Assembly: GCF_008831285.2 (NCBI RefSeq)
Contig: NC_045138.2
Span: 21,266,001 to 21,330,000, forward strand
Source of the DNA: Nymphaea colorata
Taxonomy: Eukaryota
Direction: 5' to 3'
Length of the DNA: 64,000 nt
Below are positions 52,810 through 64,000 of the stretch, in pieces (positions within the stretch are counted from its first letter, which is position 1; every line of letters begins with the position of its first letter). The notes beneath the pieces were generated by a model, which did no database searches, was not told the origin of the DNA, and was given only the letters and a program-made list of their open reading frames with translations. The position numbers were made by a program, and so were the translations under genes.

Positions 52810-53663
52810 TCAACCATGCCTTTGTCTTTTTGAGTTCTTCTCTATGAATGATTCCCACTTCACGTGATCAAGTTGGCTCAAATCTTCAAGTTCTGCTATG
52901 GCAAGCAGATATTGAGTAAGCCTCACCAGCTCATCATCATTCTTCCGATTTAGATGAGCTTTTCTAAAAGGCTTAATCACAAGTCCATTTTGTGGATTCA
53001 TAACAAAATTTCTTCTCAGATCATCAAACATTATGCTGTTTTTCGAATTGTAATACTGCACAAAATGGAGGGTGTCAGCAGCTAAAAAAGACTGGAGAAG
53101 CTACAATTGATTCTATGGCAATGGAATGAAGGTACCTCTGGAAAGAGAGCCCATATCAATCCAAGGGGCTTGCAGTCAAAGATACCGTGTGTGTCAGACT
53201 GCACGGTGATCATTGCCATGTGATCAAGAAGGGCTGCGATTTTGTAGTTTGGATTATTGAGCACTCCCAGCTGTCCCATCTTCAGTTCAACCCACCTCAT
53301 ACTGGAAACGCAAGGATAAGAATCCGAGGAACAACAAAGTATTTTTGAAACCAACGAACACGTAGAAAATATAAAAACTAATTGCAAGGAAATACTAATT
53401 TACCTAGTTGCAGACCATATCATGATGTCATACTCCGCATAAGCAGCAGACAGGAATTCATGGAGATCTGAGAAAGAAGAAAGGAGTAATAATATAAAGT
53501 GGAAAAGATTATGAAGGGGATAAAGAAGGAACTGGAATTGACACTCACATGGCCTCATCAACTCAAGAGGATTCTCTGCCGTCGAACGGTGGTCAAACAA
53601 TGTGTAGTCAATATCCAAAACAAGCAGTTTCTTCCCTTCACGACATGGATTAAGAAGTTCAAT
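52810..53663 (-). CDS. UBLCP1: Ubiquitin-like domain-containing CTD phosphatase (HAD/FCP1-SCP family), 3' four exons: 53663-53549, 53467-53404, 53301-53136, 53055-52810; 5'-partial
   Basis: All splice sites are GT-AG with consistent phases. The spliced protein reads [66 protein letters not shown]...[43 protein letters not shown], with the DxDxT catalytic motif intact. The exons for the N-terminal UBL domain were not found in the window. Confidence 0.93.
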
Positions 53664-53754
53664 CTGCTTTATCCAAATCAGTGATTCTGCTTTCACTTGG
53701 AGATAAGAAAGCTATGAAGCAGCACAATCAAATTTTCATTCTGCAATTTCTTCA

Positions 53755-53791
<37 letters not shown>

Positions 53792-55257
53792 CATTTTGTA
53801 TATGCTCGTATATGCTTGCATGCTGTTTATACATATAGGTATCTAAGTGTGTGTGTGTGCGTATTTTGGGTTTCATTGTAAATCTGTATTTGTATTTTGT
53901 TTGTTCTGTTTGGAAAAGATGTAGCTTTTCTAGCTGTTGGAAAGCCTCCAACCGCTAATTTTTCCTCTATATAAAAGGGATAGTTAGCCCTTCTTGTACA
54001 CAAGTTCTTACAAAAGCTCTTTTCATGTAATATTCATTTCTCTTGTGCCTTAGTCCACAGTTTTTTTAAGTTTTGGGTGTGAGAAATATATGCTCTTTTA
54101 TCAGTATTTTACATGGTATATTTTGTTCTATTTCTAGCGGTGTTCAAGCTGAAAAAAGCTGTGAGGTGCTGAGTTGATTTGCAGGCTGTTGTCTGGTTTA
54201 GTGCTGCTGTTAGCACCCTGACTATAACAGCTTTCTAGCTGTTGGAGGAAGTCTTGGAAAGGGCCCAGATATGAAAGGCTGAGTATAAAAGCTTCTTTAT
54301 CTTGATGATATTCTTCTTTCATCTATTTATAGGAACATCTCACTCTTTCAATCTTCAAATTTATGTCCAGTTATGTATCATGGGCTCCATAATGGAGCAA
54401 ATACATAGGAGGTAAAAGTTCTTGGAGATTTACTGATGGTTCCGAAAAGGAACCCCAATTAATCCTTAGAAAGATTGTTCACCGAAAAACAAGGCTATTG
54501 TGGATGTACAAAGGTAAAATCAATGGAAGATAGGCCACCACAAAGCTATGTCACACATGATTATTGTAGGGGTGCATGTGCGGCAGAAAAAAAAAAGTAG
54601 CTTGGGCACAGTTGCACAAGGCCATATATATATGTGTATATACACACACACAAAATCCATAAACAACAAAATTATTAATTAATAACTAACAAACTATCAT
54701 TCTATCAATGACTCAACGGGAAACAAAGAAATGTGACATAATCAAGTGATAGAGTATTCAGATTTTTAGTTCATATTTCATACTTCATTAGAATCATATT
54801 CACGATTTTTTGTTGTTTCATCAATATCTTTCATTCAATATCATCACCAAGATCATCCCCCCCAAAAAAAAAGAATAACGGAGCCGACATAACTCATGTT
54901 AATAGTGTGGAAGCCACGTTCTTCTAGGTCTACATCCCAAAATCTGGGTGATCCCAAAGTGCATGTAATTAGAACACAAAAATTGAAAATTTGAAGATGA
55001 CCAAAACATAACAAATTTAATGTAACACCAGAAAAAAAAAATTAACATAATGAAAAAAATACAGTACCTATATATATATATATATTTTTTGGTGAAAAGG
55101 ATGTAAATTGAAGCACCAAGAACCAAATCCTCTGCATGCTTGCTTGTAACTTTATTCTGTTTGATATTGTGCATTTGAGAATATGTGGACACCCCACCCC
55201 CACAAAAAAAATAAAAATAAAAAAGAATCTTTCACAACATCATGAAGATATAACAGG

Positions 55258-55500
55258 TGTTGATAGATCGTATGTTTCGGGTCCGAATCCATACCCGACC
55301 CGTCTTGTAGCCCGTGTTGGGCACTACTTAAGTCATGTAACCCTAATCCTTATGAGTTAATGATAATCTAAGGAGAGAGAGAGTCTGGCGGTTAGTGGGC
55401 ACTGACTCCTCATTCGTGGTTTTTTCTCCCTCGTGTTGAGGGTTTTCCACGTTACATCGTGATCGTTGTTCCTCTTCCTCTCCTTGTTCGTATTTTTACA
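55258..55500 (+). repeat. 5' LTR (243 bp)
   Basis: Direct repeat of 60223-60468, differing by 4 substitutions and one 3-bp indel. Confidence 0.97.
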
Positions 55501-55513
55501 TGGTATCAGAGCC
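55501..55513 (+). promoter_or_regulatory. Primer binding site complementary to initiator tRNA-Met
   Basis: TGGTATCAGAGCC lies immediately after the 5' LTR. Confidence 0.92.
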
Positions 55514-55616
55514 ATGAAGTTCCGGCATTAACGTGTTGGAGGAGGCGCCCTGCACTGTTTATCGTCTGACGGAGTCACAGCTCATCGCCGCCGTCCGACG
55601 CCAAGACGTCCGCCGT

Positions 55617-55713
55617 CTGCCGCCGTCCGCCCTCCCGTCGCCCGTCTGTCTGCCGCCGTCCGCCCTCCCGTCGCCCGTCCAGCTGCCGCCGTCCGCCCTC
55701 CCGTTGCCCGTCC
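55617..55713 (+). repeat. 3 x 33-bp GC-rich tandem repeat in the Copia 5' leader
   Basis: CTGCCGCCGTCCGCCCTCCCGTCGCCCGTC(TGT/CAG) occurs three times. Confidence 0.9.
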
Positions 55714-55919
55714 GCCCTTCCGCCGCTCGTCCTCCTGTGCTCGGCGAGCACCTCTAAGCGCCGCCCTCTGCTCTTGCGCTGCTCTCTGCTCCCGCCGCCG
55801 TTTTCTGCTCCCGCTGCCTCCAAGCGCCTCACGCTCCGCCCTTCTGCCGACGCCGCCGTCTTCCACGCTGCAGTTGCTCCCTGCCCTTGTTGCTCTCGTC
55901 GGTGTGTGGGTCTGTCATT

Positions 55920-58900
55920 ATGGCAGCCTCTTCTTCCTCGTCGATGGTCAGTCAAATTGAAATCGGAACTGTGAGACCCGAGAACGTCCCTGTGCAGGTT
56001 ATTACTCTTCGCCTCACAAAGGAGAACTATTTCTCGTGGTCGCCGGCTATGACTATGGGGATTGCTGGCCGTGGTCGGATGGCCTATATCGACGGGAGCA
56101 ACCCTGAACCAGCAAGAACAAGTGGTGTGTGGCACACTTGGTTCCTTGAGGATAATCAAGTAAAAACGTGGATTGTCAATTCTGTCTCCGCTGAGATTCA
56201 GCCTCTTATCCTTCGGAAGAAGACTGCACGGGACATGTGGGTGGTCCTTCAGCAAATGTATGGCCAGAAGAAGACGGCCATTCGCACTTATCAAGTAATG
56301 AAGACTGTTTATAACCTCCGCCAAGGGACCTCTTCTGTTGCAGAATACTATGGGGCTTTGAAAGCCAAGTGGGAAGAACTTGACTATCATTCTGATATTC
56401 CGTGGCACTGTCCCCAAGATCAGACACTTCACATTGCCCAGATATGGGAAAACAGAGTGTTCCTCTTTCTAGATGGCTTAAATGATGAGTTTGAAGGTGT
56501 TCGGAGCCAGATTCTGAATTCTGGAGAGGTGTCCAGTATTGAAGATGTATACTCGGTTGTTGAAGCAGAAGAACAGAGAAGGCTGGTCATCAATGAAAGC
56601 CAGAGGGATCCTGGTCTCTCTCATGAGAGATCAGCCCTTGTGAGCCGTGGACCTGGAGGCTTGGCTAGACCCCCTCGCCGATGCACACACTGCAAGAAGA
56701 CGGGTCACATCGTCGATTACTGTTGGGATCTCCATCCAGACAAGAAAGGAAATAGAGGAAGGTCTTCTAGTGGGAAGACACCTGTGCCTGAGGCGCCCAA
56801 ATCCAGTGGGGAAAAACTCTCTATTTCGGTTGATCAGCTTCGTGAACTAAGGGCTTATTTGGGCAGGATCGATGTCAACAAGATCGAGACATCAGAGGAA
56901 ACTACAGCTAATCATGCTCTTGCAGTTATTCGCGATAAAAGTAACTCTTCTGTGGGGGAATGGATTGTCGATAGTGGTGCTACTCATCACATGACATGTA
57001 ATCCAAAATTGTTTCATGAGTATAAGTTGTCCTCGGGAAGGGAACGTGTTTCTCTTGCAGATGGTTCCTCTACCTGTGTGGCAGGCGAAGGAATTCTGTC
57101 CTTGTTGGACAAATTTCATGTGCAGGGCGCATTACATGTCCCCCAGTTTCCTTTAAATCTCTTGTCAGTCAGTAGACTTACTAAAGAATTGAATTGTGAA
57201 CTTATTTTCTCTGCCGATCGCTGTGTTTTGCAGGACTTGGTGACAAGGAAGAGGATTGTGATTGGTTTAGTTTCTGATGGATTATATCGTCTTCCCATAC
57301 GTGATGACAGCGATCCGCAAGACAGATAAGAGAAGAGAAGATTGTCTTCAGTCCTTTATGTACTGGCATGAACGTTTTGGGCATTTACCTTTTGGGATTT
57401 TGAAACATTTGTTTCCAGACTTGTGTTCCTCCTTTGATTTGTCTTCCATTTCTTGTGATGTTTGTCAGTTTGCCAAACATGTGAGGGCTTCGTACCCTCT
57501 TTCTACTAGTTGTGTTAATGAAGCTTTTTCCCTGATTCACTCTGATGTATGGGGACCTTCGGGAATTCATACCCGTCAAGGTTTTCAATATTTTATCACT
57601 TTCATTGATGATTTCTCTCGTGCTACATTTGTGTACCTGTTAAAAGACCGCAGTAAGGTTCCTCGTATCATCGAGACATTCATTCTTCTTGTGCATACCC
57701 AATATGGTGCGAATGTTAAAACTTTCCGGTCCGATAATGCCCGTGAATACATGTGTCAGTCTGTTGAGGAGTTTCTTAGACAAAGGGGGATTGTTCATGA
57801 GACATCTTGTAGTTACACCCCCCCTCAAAATGGGGTAGCTGAAAGGAAAAATCGTCAACTTCTTAATGTCACCAGGGCTCTTTTGTTTCAGAGAAATCTT
57901 CCTAAACACTATTGGGGTGATGCCGTTCTTACTAGTGCCTATCTTATTAACCACATGCCCAGTCGTGTTTTGAATGGTAAGACTCCCCACTCGTTACTTC
58001 CTGGCAATCGTCCACCATTCCTACTTCCTCCTCGTGTTTTTGGTTGTGTATGTTTTATCCATGATCACAGTCCAAATGTCAAGAAACTTGATCCTAGGTC
58101 TATCAAAGGTGTCTTTGTTGGATACTCTCCTACGCAAAAAGGATACAAATGTATTGACCCTATTACTGGTTGAGTTTATGTTACGAGGGATGTTACCTTC
58201 TTGGAACATGCCTCTTACTTTGGTGAGAATCCTCTTCAGGGGGAGCAGTCTGTGGGCAGGGAAGAGTATTCTCAGAGGCAGGAACTTCAGTTTACAGATT
58301 TTTTGGACTACAAGAAAGTAGAATCGCTTACTGCTGTTGATGTGCCTGAGAAGGAGGAAAGGTGTGACACTAGCATTGAGAAGGAAGGCCCTCGGTTGTT
58401 TGGACAGTTCTACTCTAGACGAGGTACTCGAACAGAGATGATGACTTGTGATGCTAGATCTACTTCCAATCCCAATGCCACTCCTTCCCTGGATGAACCA
58501 AGTCCTACCATGGAGACTGTGGAGACTCATGATGAGGTTGAAAAGAAGAATGAAGATCTTCCCATTGCCCTGAGAAAGGGTGTCAGGTCATGTACTCAAC
58601 ACCCCATTGGTAATTTTGTATCTTATTCCAGACTTGGAAAAGATTACAAGTGTTTTGTTTTTACTCTTTCTTTGGCTGTGATCCCCAAGACTGTTGCTGA
58701 AGCTCAAAGTGACTCCAAGTGGGCTGATGCAATGAAAGAAAAAATAAATGCCCTGAGAAGAAATATGACATGAGAAGTGGTGAAGATTCCTGAAGCCGCT
58801 CACTTAATTGGATCCAAATGGGTGTATACCATCAAGTACAAACCAGATGGGAGTGTTGAAAGATATAAAGCTCGACTTGTAGCCAAGGGATTTAGCCAGA

Positions 58901-60228
58901 AATATGGAATTGATTACTTGGAAACCTTTGCTCCTGTTGCGAAAATGAAGACAGTGAGAGTGGTTATATCCCTAGCTGTGATGAAGGAGTGGAAGATGTA
59001 TCAACTAGATGTTAAGAATGCATTCCTCAATGGTGACCTCGAAAAAGAAGTATATATGCATATGCCTCCAGGATATGAAGAACCAGAAAAATGTTGTAAG
59101 CTAAAAAAGGCCCTATATGGCCTTAAGCAATCTCCCAGAGCGTGGTTCGAACGACTGAGAAGAGTGATGATACGTCATGGATACAAACAAGGAAATGGAG
59201 ATCATACTCTGTTTGTGAAGAAGAAGGAGAGCAGGGTTACTTTCCTGCTGGTCTACGTAGATGACATGATTGTCACAGGAGATGATGAGGAGGAGATTAT
59301 CAAGCTAAAAGGGTTACTGGCTACAGAATTCGATCTCAAAGATCTTGGCAAGCTAAGGTATTTTCTTGGTATGGAGGTTGCTAGGTCTAGCACTGGTCTT
59401 ATACTAAACCAAAGGAAATACACATTAAATCTGCTGGAAGAAACTAGTAAATTGGGATGTAGACCTACTCCTACCACATTTGACACTAGGCACAAGTTGA
59501 GTCTTAGAGATGGAGAGCCTCTCTGTGAAGAAGACAAGGGAAGATATCAACGTCTGGTTGGGAAGTTGATTTATCTTACCCTCACGAGACCTGATATCAC
59601 CTTTGCGGTGAATGTTTTGAGCCAATTCATGCATGCACCAACCGATGCACATCTGAAGGCTGTGGACAGAGTACTATGCTACCTGAAGAAAAATCCTGGC
59701 AAGGGACCCCTGTATGTGAAACAAGAGACCTTGGAAATCGAGGGCTATTCTGATGCGGATTGGGCAGGTTGTGGTGATACCAGACGATCTACTACAGGGT
59801 ATTGTGTCTACTTGGGAGGAAACCTTGTTGTATGGAGAAGCAAGAGACAGGATGTTTGCTCTAGATCTAGTGCAGAGGCAGAATATAGGGCAGTTGCTAT
59901 GGGAATGTCAGAATTACTATGGTTGAAGATATTGTTGACTGACATTGGAATAGAGATTGAAGGACCTATGAAGATGTACTGTGACAACAAGTCTGCAATC
60001 AACTTAGCCAACAATCCTGTTCTTCACGACAGAACAAAGCATGTTGAAATTGATCGTCACTTCATTCGGGAAAGAATTGATGCGAAAGAGTTGATCTTAC
60101 CTTACATGAAGTTTGAAGACCAAACTGTTGATGTTCTGACGAAAGCTCTTCCATCAGCTTCATTTGAGAGGAATGTATCCAAGTTGGGCATGTTTGATAT
60201 GTATGCGCAACTTGAGGGGGAGTGTTGA
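55920..60228 (+). pseudogene. Copia gag-pol polyprotein, disrupted by 1 frameshift and 2 premature stops
   Basis: Zinc knuckle CTHCKKTGHIVDYC, protease WIVDSGATHHM, integrase HSDVWGP/RSDNAREY/NGVAERKNR, RT LVYVDDMIV, and RNase H YSDADWAG/CDNKSA. The frame changes near 57300, with in-frame TGA at 58171-58173 and 58771-58773. Confidence 0.95.
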
Positions 60229-60468
60229 TAGATCGTATGTTTCGGGTCCGGATCCATACCCGACCCGTCTTGTAGCCCGTGTTGGGCACTACTTAAGTCA
60301 TGTAACCCTAATCCTTATGAGTTAATGATAATCTAAGGAGAGAGAGAGTCTGGCGGCTAGTGGGCACCGACTCCTCCTCATTCGTGGTTTTTTCTCCCTC
60401 GTGTTGAGGGTTTTCCACGTTACATCGTGATCGTTGTTCCTCTTCCTCTCCTTGTTCGTATTTCTACA
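60223..60468 (+). repeat. 3' LTR (246 bp)
   Basis: Direct repeat of 55258-55500, preceded by the PPT and followed by the TSD. Confidence 0.97.
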
Positions 60469-62590
60469 ACAGGCTGAGATAGTAATCTCATTCCAAGTTT
60501 AGGACTGGAGGTATTTCTGATCCACAAGACACCCACCAACAAAAAGGATTTTGTTCATCTTTTCTTGCTGGCTGCATCTAAATATTCAAATTTTCTTTTA
60601 CAAAACGTTCCATATTCAAAAGTAAATTTTCTTCTCATGTAAGAATAAGAATAAAGCCTCTCCAAATATGCTCGTGCATTCTTAGATATGTCACGATCTT
60701 GATTTGCAGGGACACATCAAGGCACTCTTGTTAGCCAATTCTTAGAATGATATCTTGGATTAAAAGAATGAACCAGAGTATAGCTCTTATCCCATCTTTC
60801 CACCCATTGTGAGTGTATACGACAGAAAAAATCCGAATTATGAAGTGTAATGTTTTTTTCCCATCATGTTTTAAAACTAAGAAATGAATTTGTTCAATTA
60901 TCCCACATTTCATAAATTTTATGAAAAATGAGCTTATCTTTATTAACTGTTTCAGCATGCTCCAAATTGGCTTTGCAAAATCCAAAATATATAATAGTCA
61001 ATCCCATAAGAAATCATCCATAATATAGTTTTCTTCATTGCTTGAGCTTTTATTTCAACTTCAACACATGAAAAATTCAATCTTTAACAATCACCATAAG
61101 ACCTAATATATTCTTTATTTATTCATTCTTTTCATCATGAAAATGATATAAGCAAACCATATTTCAGCAATTTTTAACAACTTGAAACAAAAAAAAAAAC
61201 TATAAAGCATATTCACAAAAAAAAACGTTTTTTTTCAAAAAAATGTGAAAAAATGAAATAAATAAAATTTCCGTTTAAACCTTTAAAAAACGTTAAAATT
61301 GCATTTCCTTCGCGTTTTTCTCCTTTTTTTCCTTTTATTCATTTTTTATTTTTTTAATGTCAAACAGTTTTTTTTTTTCATTTTCTAATTTTTGTTTGTT
61401 GCAAATCTACTTATTTTTTGATGTTTGTGTTATTAGTTTCTTACTTATTTAATTTTCCCCTCATTTTTAGTTTTGTTTAATTTTTACAAAATTATCGTAT
61501 TTTTCCGTTTTTTTCAAGCTTGCGGTATTATACCTGAGAAAAACCTTGCAATTTAAAACTCGAGAACGTTTTTTTGTGATATATAAAGACAATACATGTT
61601 GGTGATTCACAAAAAAAAATTGGTATGTTCTTCACATCTTTTCCTAAATCTTCAATGCATAAGAAAACTCATGCACAACGATCTTCTTTCTACTATAAAT
61701 CCCATAAGATCTCGAGCGCTAGCTTTAACATATGTGCTATGCATTGAGTCTAAAGAATATAAGGAAAATCACCTCACAAGTTTAATGCAACACTCTTGCA
61801 TATACGAGCATTGACAGTGATAATATGTACTACTTTATCAAGGCCAACTTCTTTAATAATTTGTTCAAATAGCTGCCTCAAACATTCAACATCCTAATAT
61901 CCTCCAGAGTCTGGACGCATCAACTATACTCAGAAACACTAGCTCATCACATACAATGATAATAACATTAATCAGCAAACACTTTTGAATGTCGGTCCCA
62001 CTATCAGAGACAACTGATATACCAATTTGATCTCATGCAAACTTCTTCAAGGGTAAACATTTTTTCAACATCATCATTCTGTTCTTTAAGATATGATTTT
62101 CACAGTGTTTCTAAACTTGAAGGCTCATATCTACATAGTTTATGTGAAGTTACTAAAACTGGGAATGCACATTTCCATCACTAGGTGCATCTTATGATGC
62201 TACACTTATTATGTATTAGGCTACACTTATTATCTTCCACAATGGTTGTTCTTCAATTGCATAAGCAACACTAGATAGAGAGGCAAGCTTTGAAGCAGTA
62301 ATATTCAGTTATTCACGCTACAAGTTTACAAGAAGATCCTGCAATAGAGTTTGAAGAGAATGGTTGTGCAATTTCTAAGTTAGCTTGAATCTATTTGTCT
62401 ATCTCAGATTCTTGCTTAAACCATTTACAAGGTGCTACTATAACATTTTGTTTCATTTCATGGTACCAAAACTGTAGGCGTGATCCTGCTTTCAACTTGT
62501 TACTACTTATGTCACATAGGTACGAGTACGGGTGCCAGTGCGGGTACCAATACAGACCATTTTAAAAAAACTTAGGTGCGGGGGTACAGC

Positions 62591-62624
<34 letters not shown>

Positions 62625-64000
62625 ACTTGATGTAGCTCTCCTAGTCTGTGGCTGCCACATGAAAACAGTGCAACAGTTGGAGCTACATCACATAAATGCA
62701 CACTCACTTATGTGATGTAACTCCAATGATGCATTTTGCCTTTCATTAATATCAATAGGCACAGCCATACAATTCAACTAAATCAGGCGACTGAAAGCTT
62801 GCGGTGACTGACAAACACACAAATTAGGCGAATGAAAGCTTACGGTGAACTTGCAAAATGCACAAATCAAACGACTGAAAAACACAGAAATCAGGCGACC
62901 AGAAAAACACAAAAGTTAAATTATCTCTCAGCAAACCAGCAAAAAGCACTAACGTTGGACAGAAGGAAGAGGGTGAAAAAAGTCGACGAAGGATGAAACT
63001 ACCTGCCGCTGGTTGATGGGAGGTTGTCGGACGAGGGGTGAGGCTGCCGGAGAAATAAGATGCTTAAACGTTGGTCAGAGAAAAAAAGGTGTTGCCCTTC
63101 GCCGAAGAAGTCGCCGTTCACTGGAGAAGTCGTCGTTTGCCAGAGTTGCCTTGCTAAAAGCACCGTTGGTCGATCGAAATGCAAAGCCCTCGATGGGCTC
63201 TACTGCGTTTTCTCTTTAACGTTAAAAAAAATGTAAACCCTAACCTGTGGACGGTTTTGAACTTGGTCAACTTTGGCCGAGTCCAAAAATAAACGAATAT
63301 ACTCGGGTACGTTGACCATACCCAATATGGTCAACACAGTACCCAAGGCATACCCGAGTGCATACTGGTACCCATACAGGAAAGTCTTTGTTTCAAGGGT
63401 TGCTTTGTTGAACTAGCATCATTCTTCATTTTCTTCTTCAAGAAAGGTCTTTGGATAAAAATTCAAAAGCTTTGACCAAAGTTGAGTGCAAGTTCTGTCA
63501 TAAATATTCTTCTAAGGTTTTTATTGGTTTTCCTCAGACATTAGTTGAAAAGATAGTTTTTCTTAAGAAAATTTCACGAATTCAAAAACATTTTAAAAAA
63601 TATATAAAAAATACGAAATTCTTGGGTTTTTTAGTAATTTTTGAAAACATTGATAAATATTCGAAATAGCTGTTCAAATGTTAAAAGAAATCTCAAAAAA
63701 ATAAAATGAAAAAGAAAATTCTCAAAAACCTGGAAAACAAAGAAAAGGATATTTATTATTTAATGTTTGTTTGCAAAATATTGTGATTTTCATTTTTTTC
63801 CTCATTTTTCATTACTTAATGCAAGACTTTGAAAAGAAAAAACAGTGACATCTATGAGATGGTAGAAGTCAATTCTTCTCTTTGTATCATGGAAGATGAA
63901 GAATTACGTATCATCTAATTTCCTAAGCTTACACAACCACTAATTATGTAGCATGAGCCTCTACTGTAAAAGTTCAAACACCATTTTGGCAAAAAGTCTT

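Larger units (their letters stand above)
55258..60468 (+). mobile_element. Full-length Ty1/Copia LTR retrotransposon (5211 bp; short LTRs suggest the Ale lineage)
   Basis: Two TG...CA LTRs, a 5-bp TSD ACAGG (55253-55257, 60469-60473), PBS TGGTATCAGAGCC at 55501, PPT GAGGGGGAG before 60223, and domain order gag-PR-IN-RT-RH. Confidence 0.97.
55110..62480 (-). mobile_element. Decayed hAT transposase (DUF659-type core plus dimerisation domain), interrupted by the Copia element
   Basis: Minus-strand fragments: GISVVSD..TDIQK.LLINVI (~62030-61960), FLSIVDAS (~61930), NPRYHSKNWL (~60760-60730), WWVSCGSEIPPVLKLGMRLLSQP (60540-60469). The sequence continues across the Copia as VISS*CCER (~55255-55228) and STYSQMHNIKQNKVTSKHAEDLV (55190-55120). 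Confidence 0.8.

Noticed and set aside
53875..54125. LTR-like segment with TGGTAT after ...TTTTACA in the UBLCP1 intron
   Set aside because: Too degenerate to call: the PBS is incomplete, and there is no partner LTR or TSD.
55575..56432. 285-aa antisense ORF in the Copia
   Set aside because: It is the shadow of gag and the GC-rich leader repeats, with no recognisable domain.

Overview
This window is flowering-plant nuclear DNA: AT-rich intergenic sequence, GT-AG introns, many microsatellites and transposon debris. It holds three host genes. The first is a 3-exon universal-stress-protein (USP)-like gene (6037-7478, +). The second is an intronless GC-rich MATE transporter resembling DTX54/BIGE1 (42406-43995, -). 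The third is the last four coding exons of a UBLCP1-type HAD phosphatase (52810-53663, -), whose upstream exons appear to lie beyond the window. The >10 kb intron of that phosphatase holds a decayed hAT transposase, and a structurally complete but disabled 5.2 kb Ty1/Copia element has inserted into it (TSD ACAGG, LTRs about 98% identical). The window also contains PP2C pseudo-exons, older Copia remnants, several hAT-type MITEs with 8-bp TSDs, and two unrelated 61-bp tandem arrays. The least explained feature is a GC-rich block (about 13.7-20.75 kb) with an LTR-like segment and a 3.2 kb fold-back structure. I see no CRISPR array, tRNA or rRNA gene, and no clearly new biological system. All family assignments come from motif recognition, not database searches.
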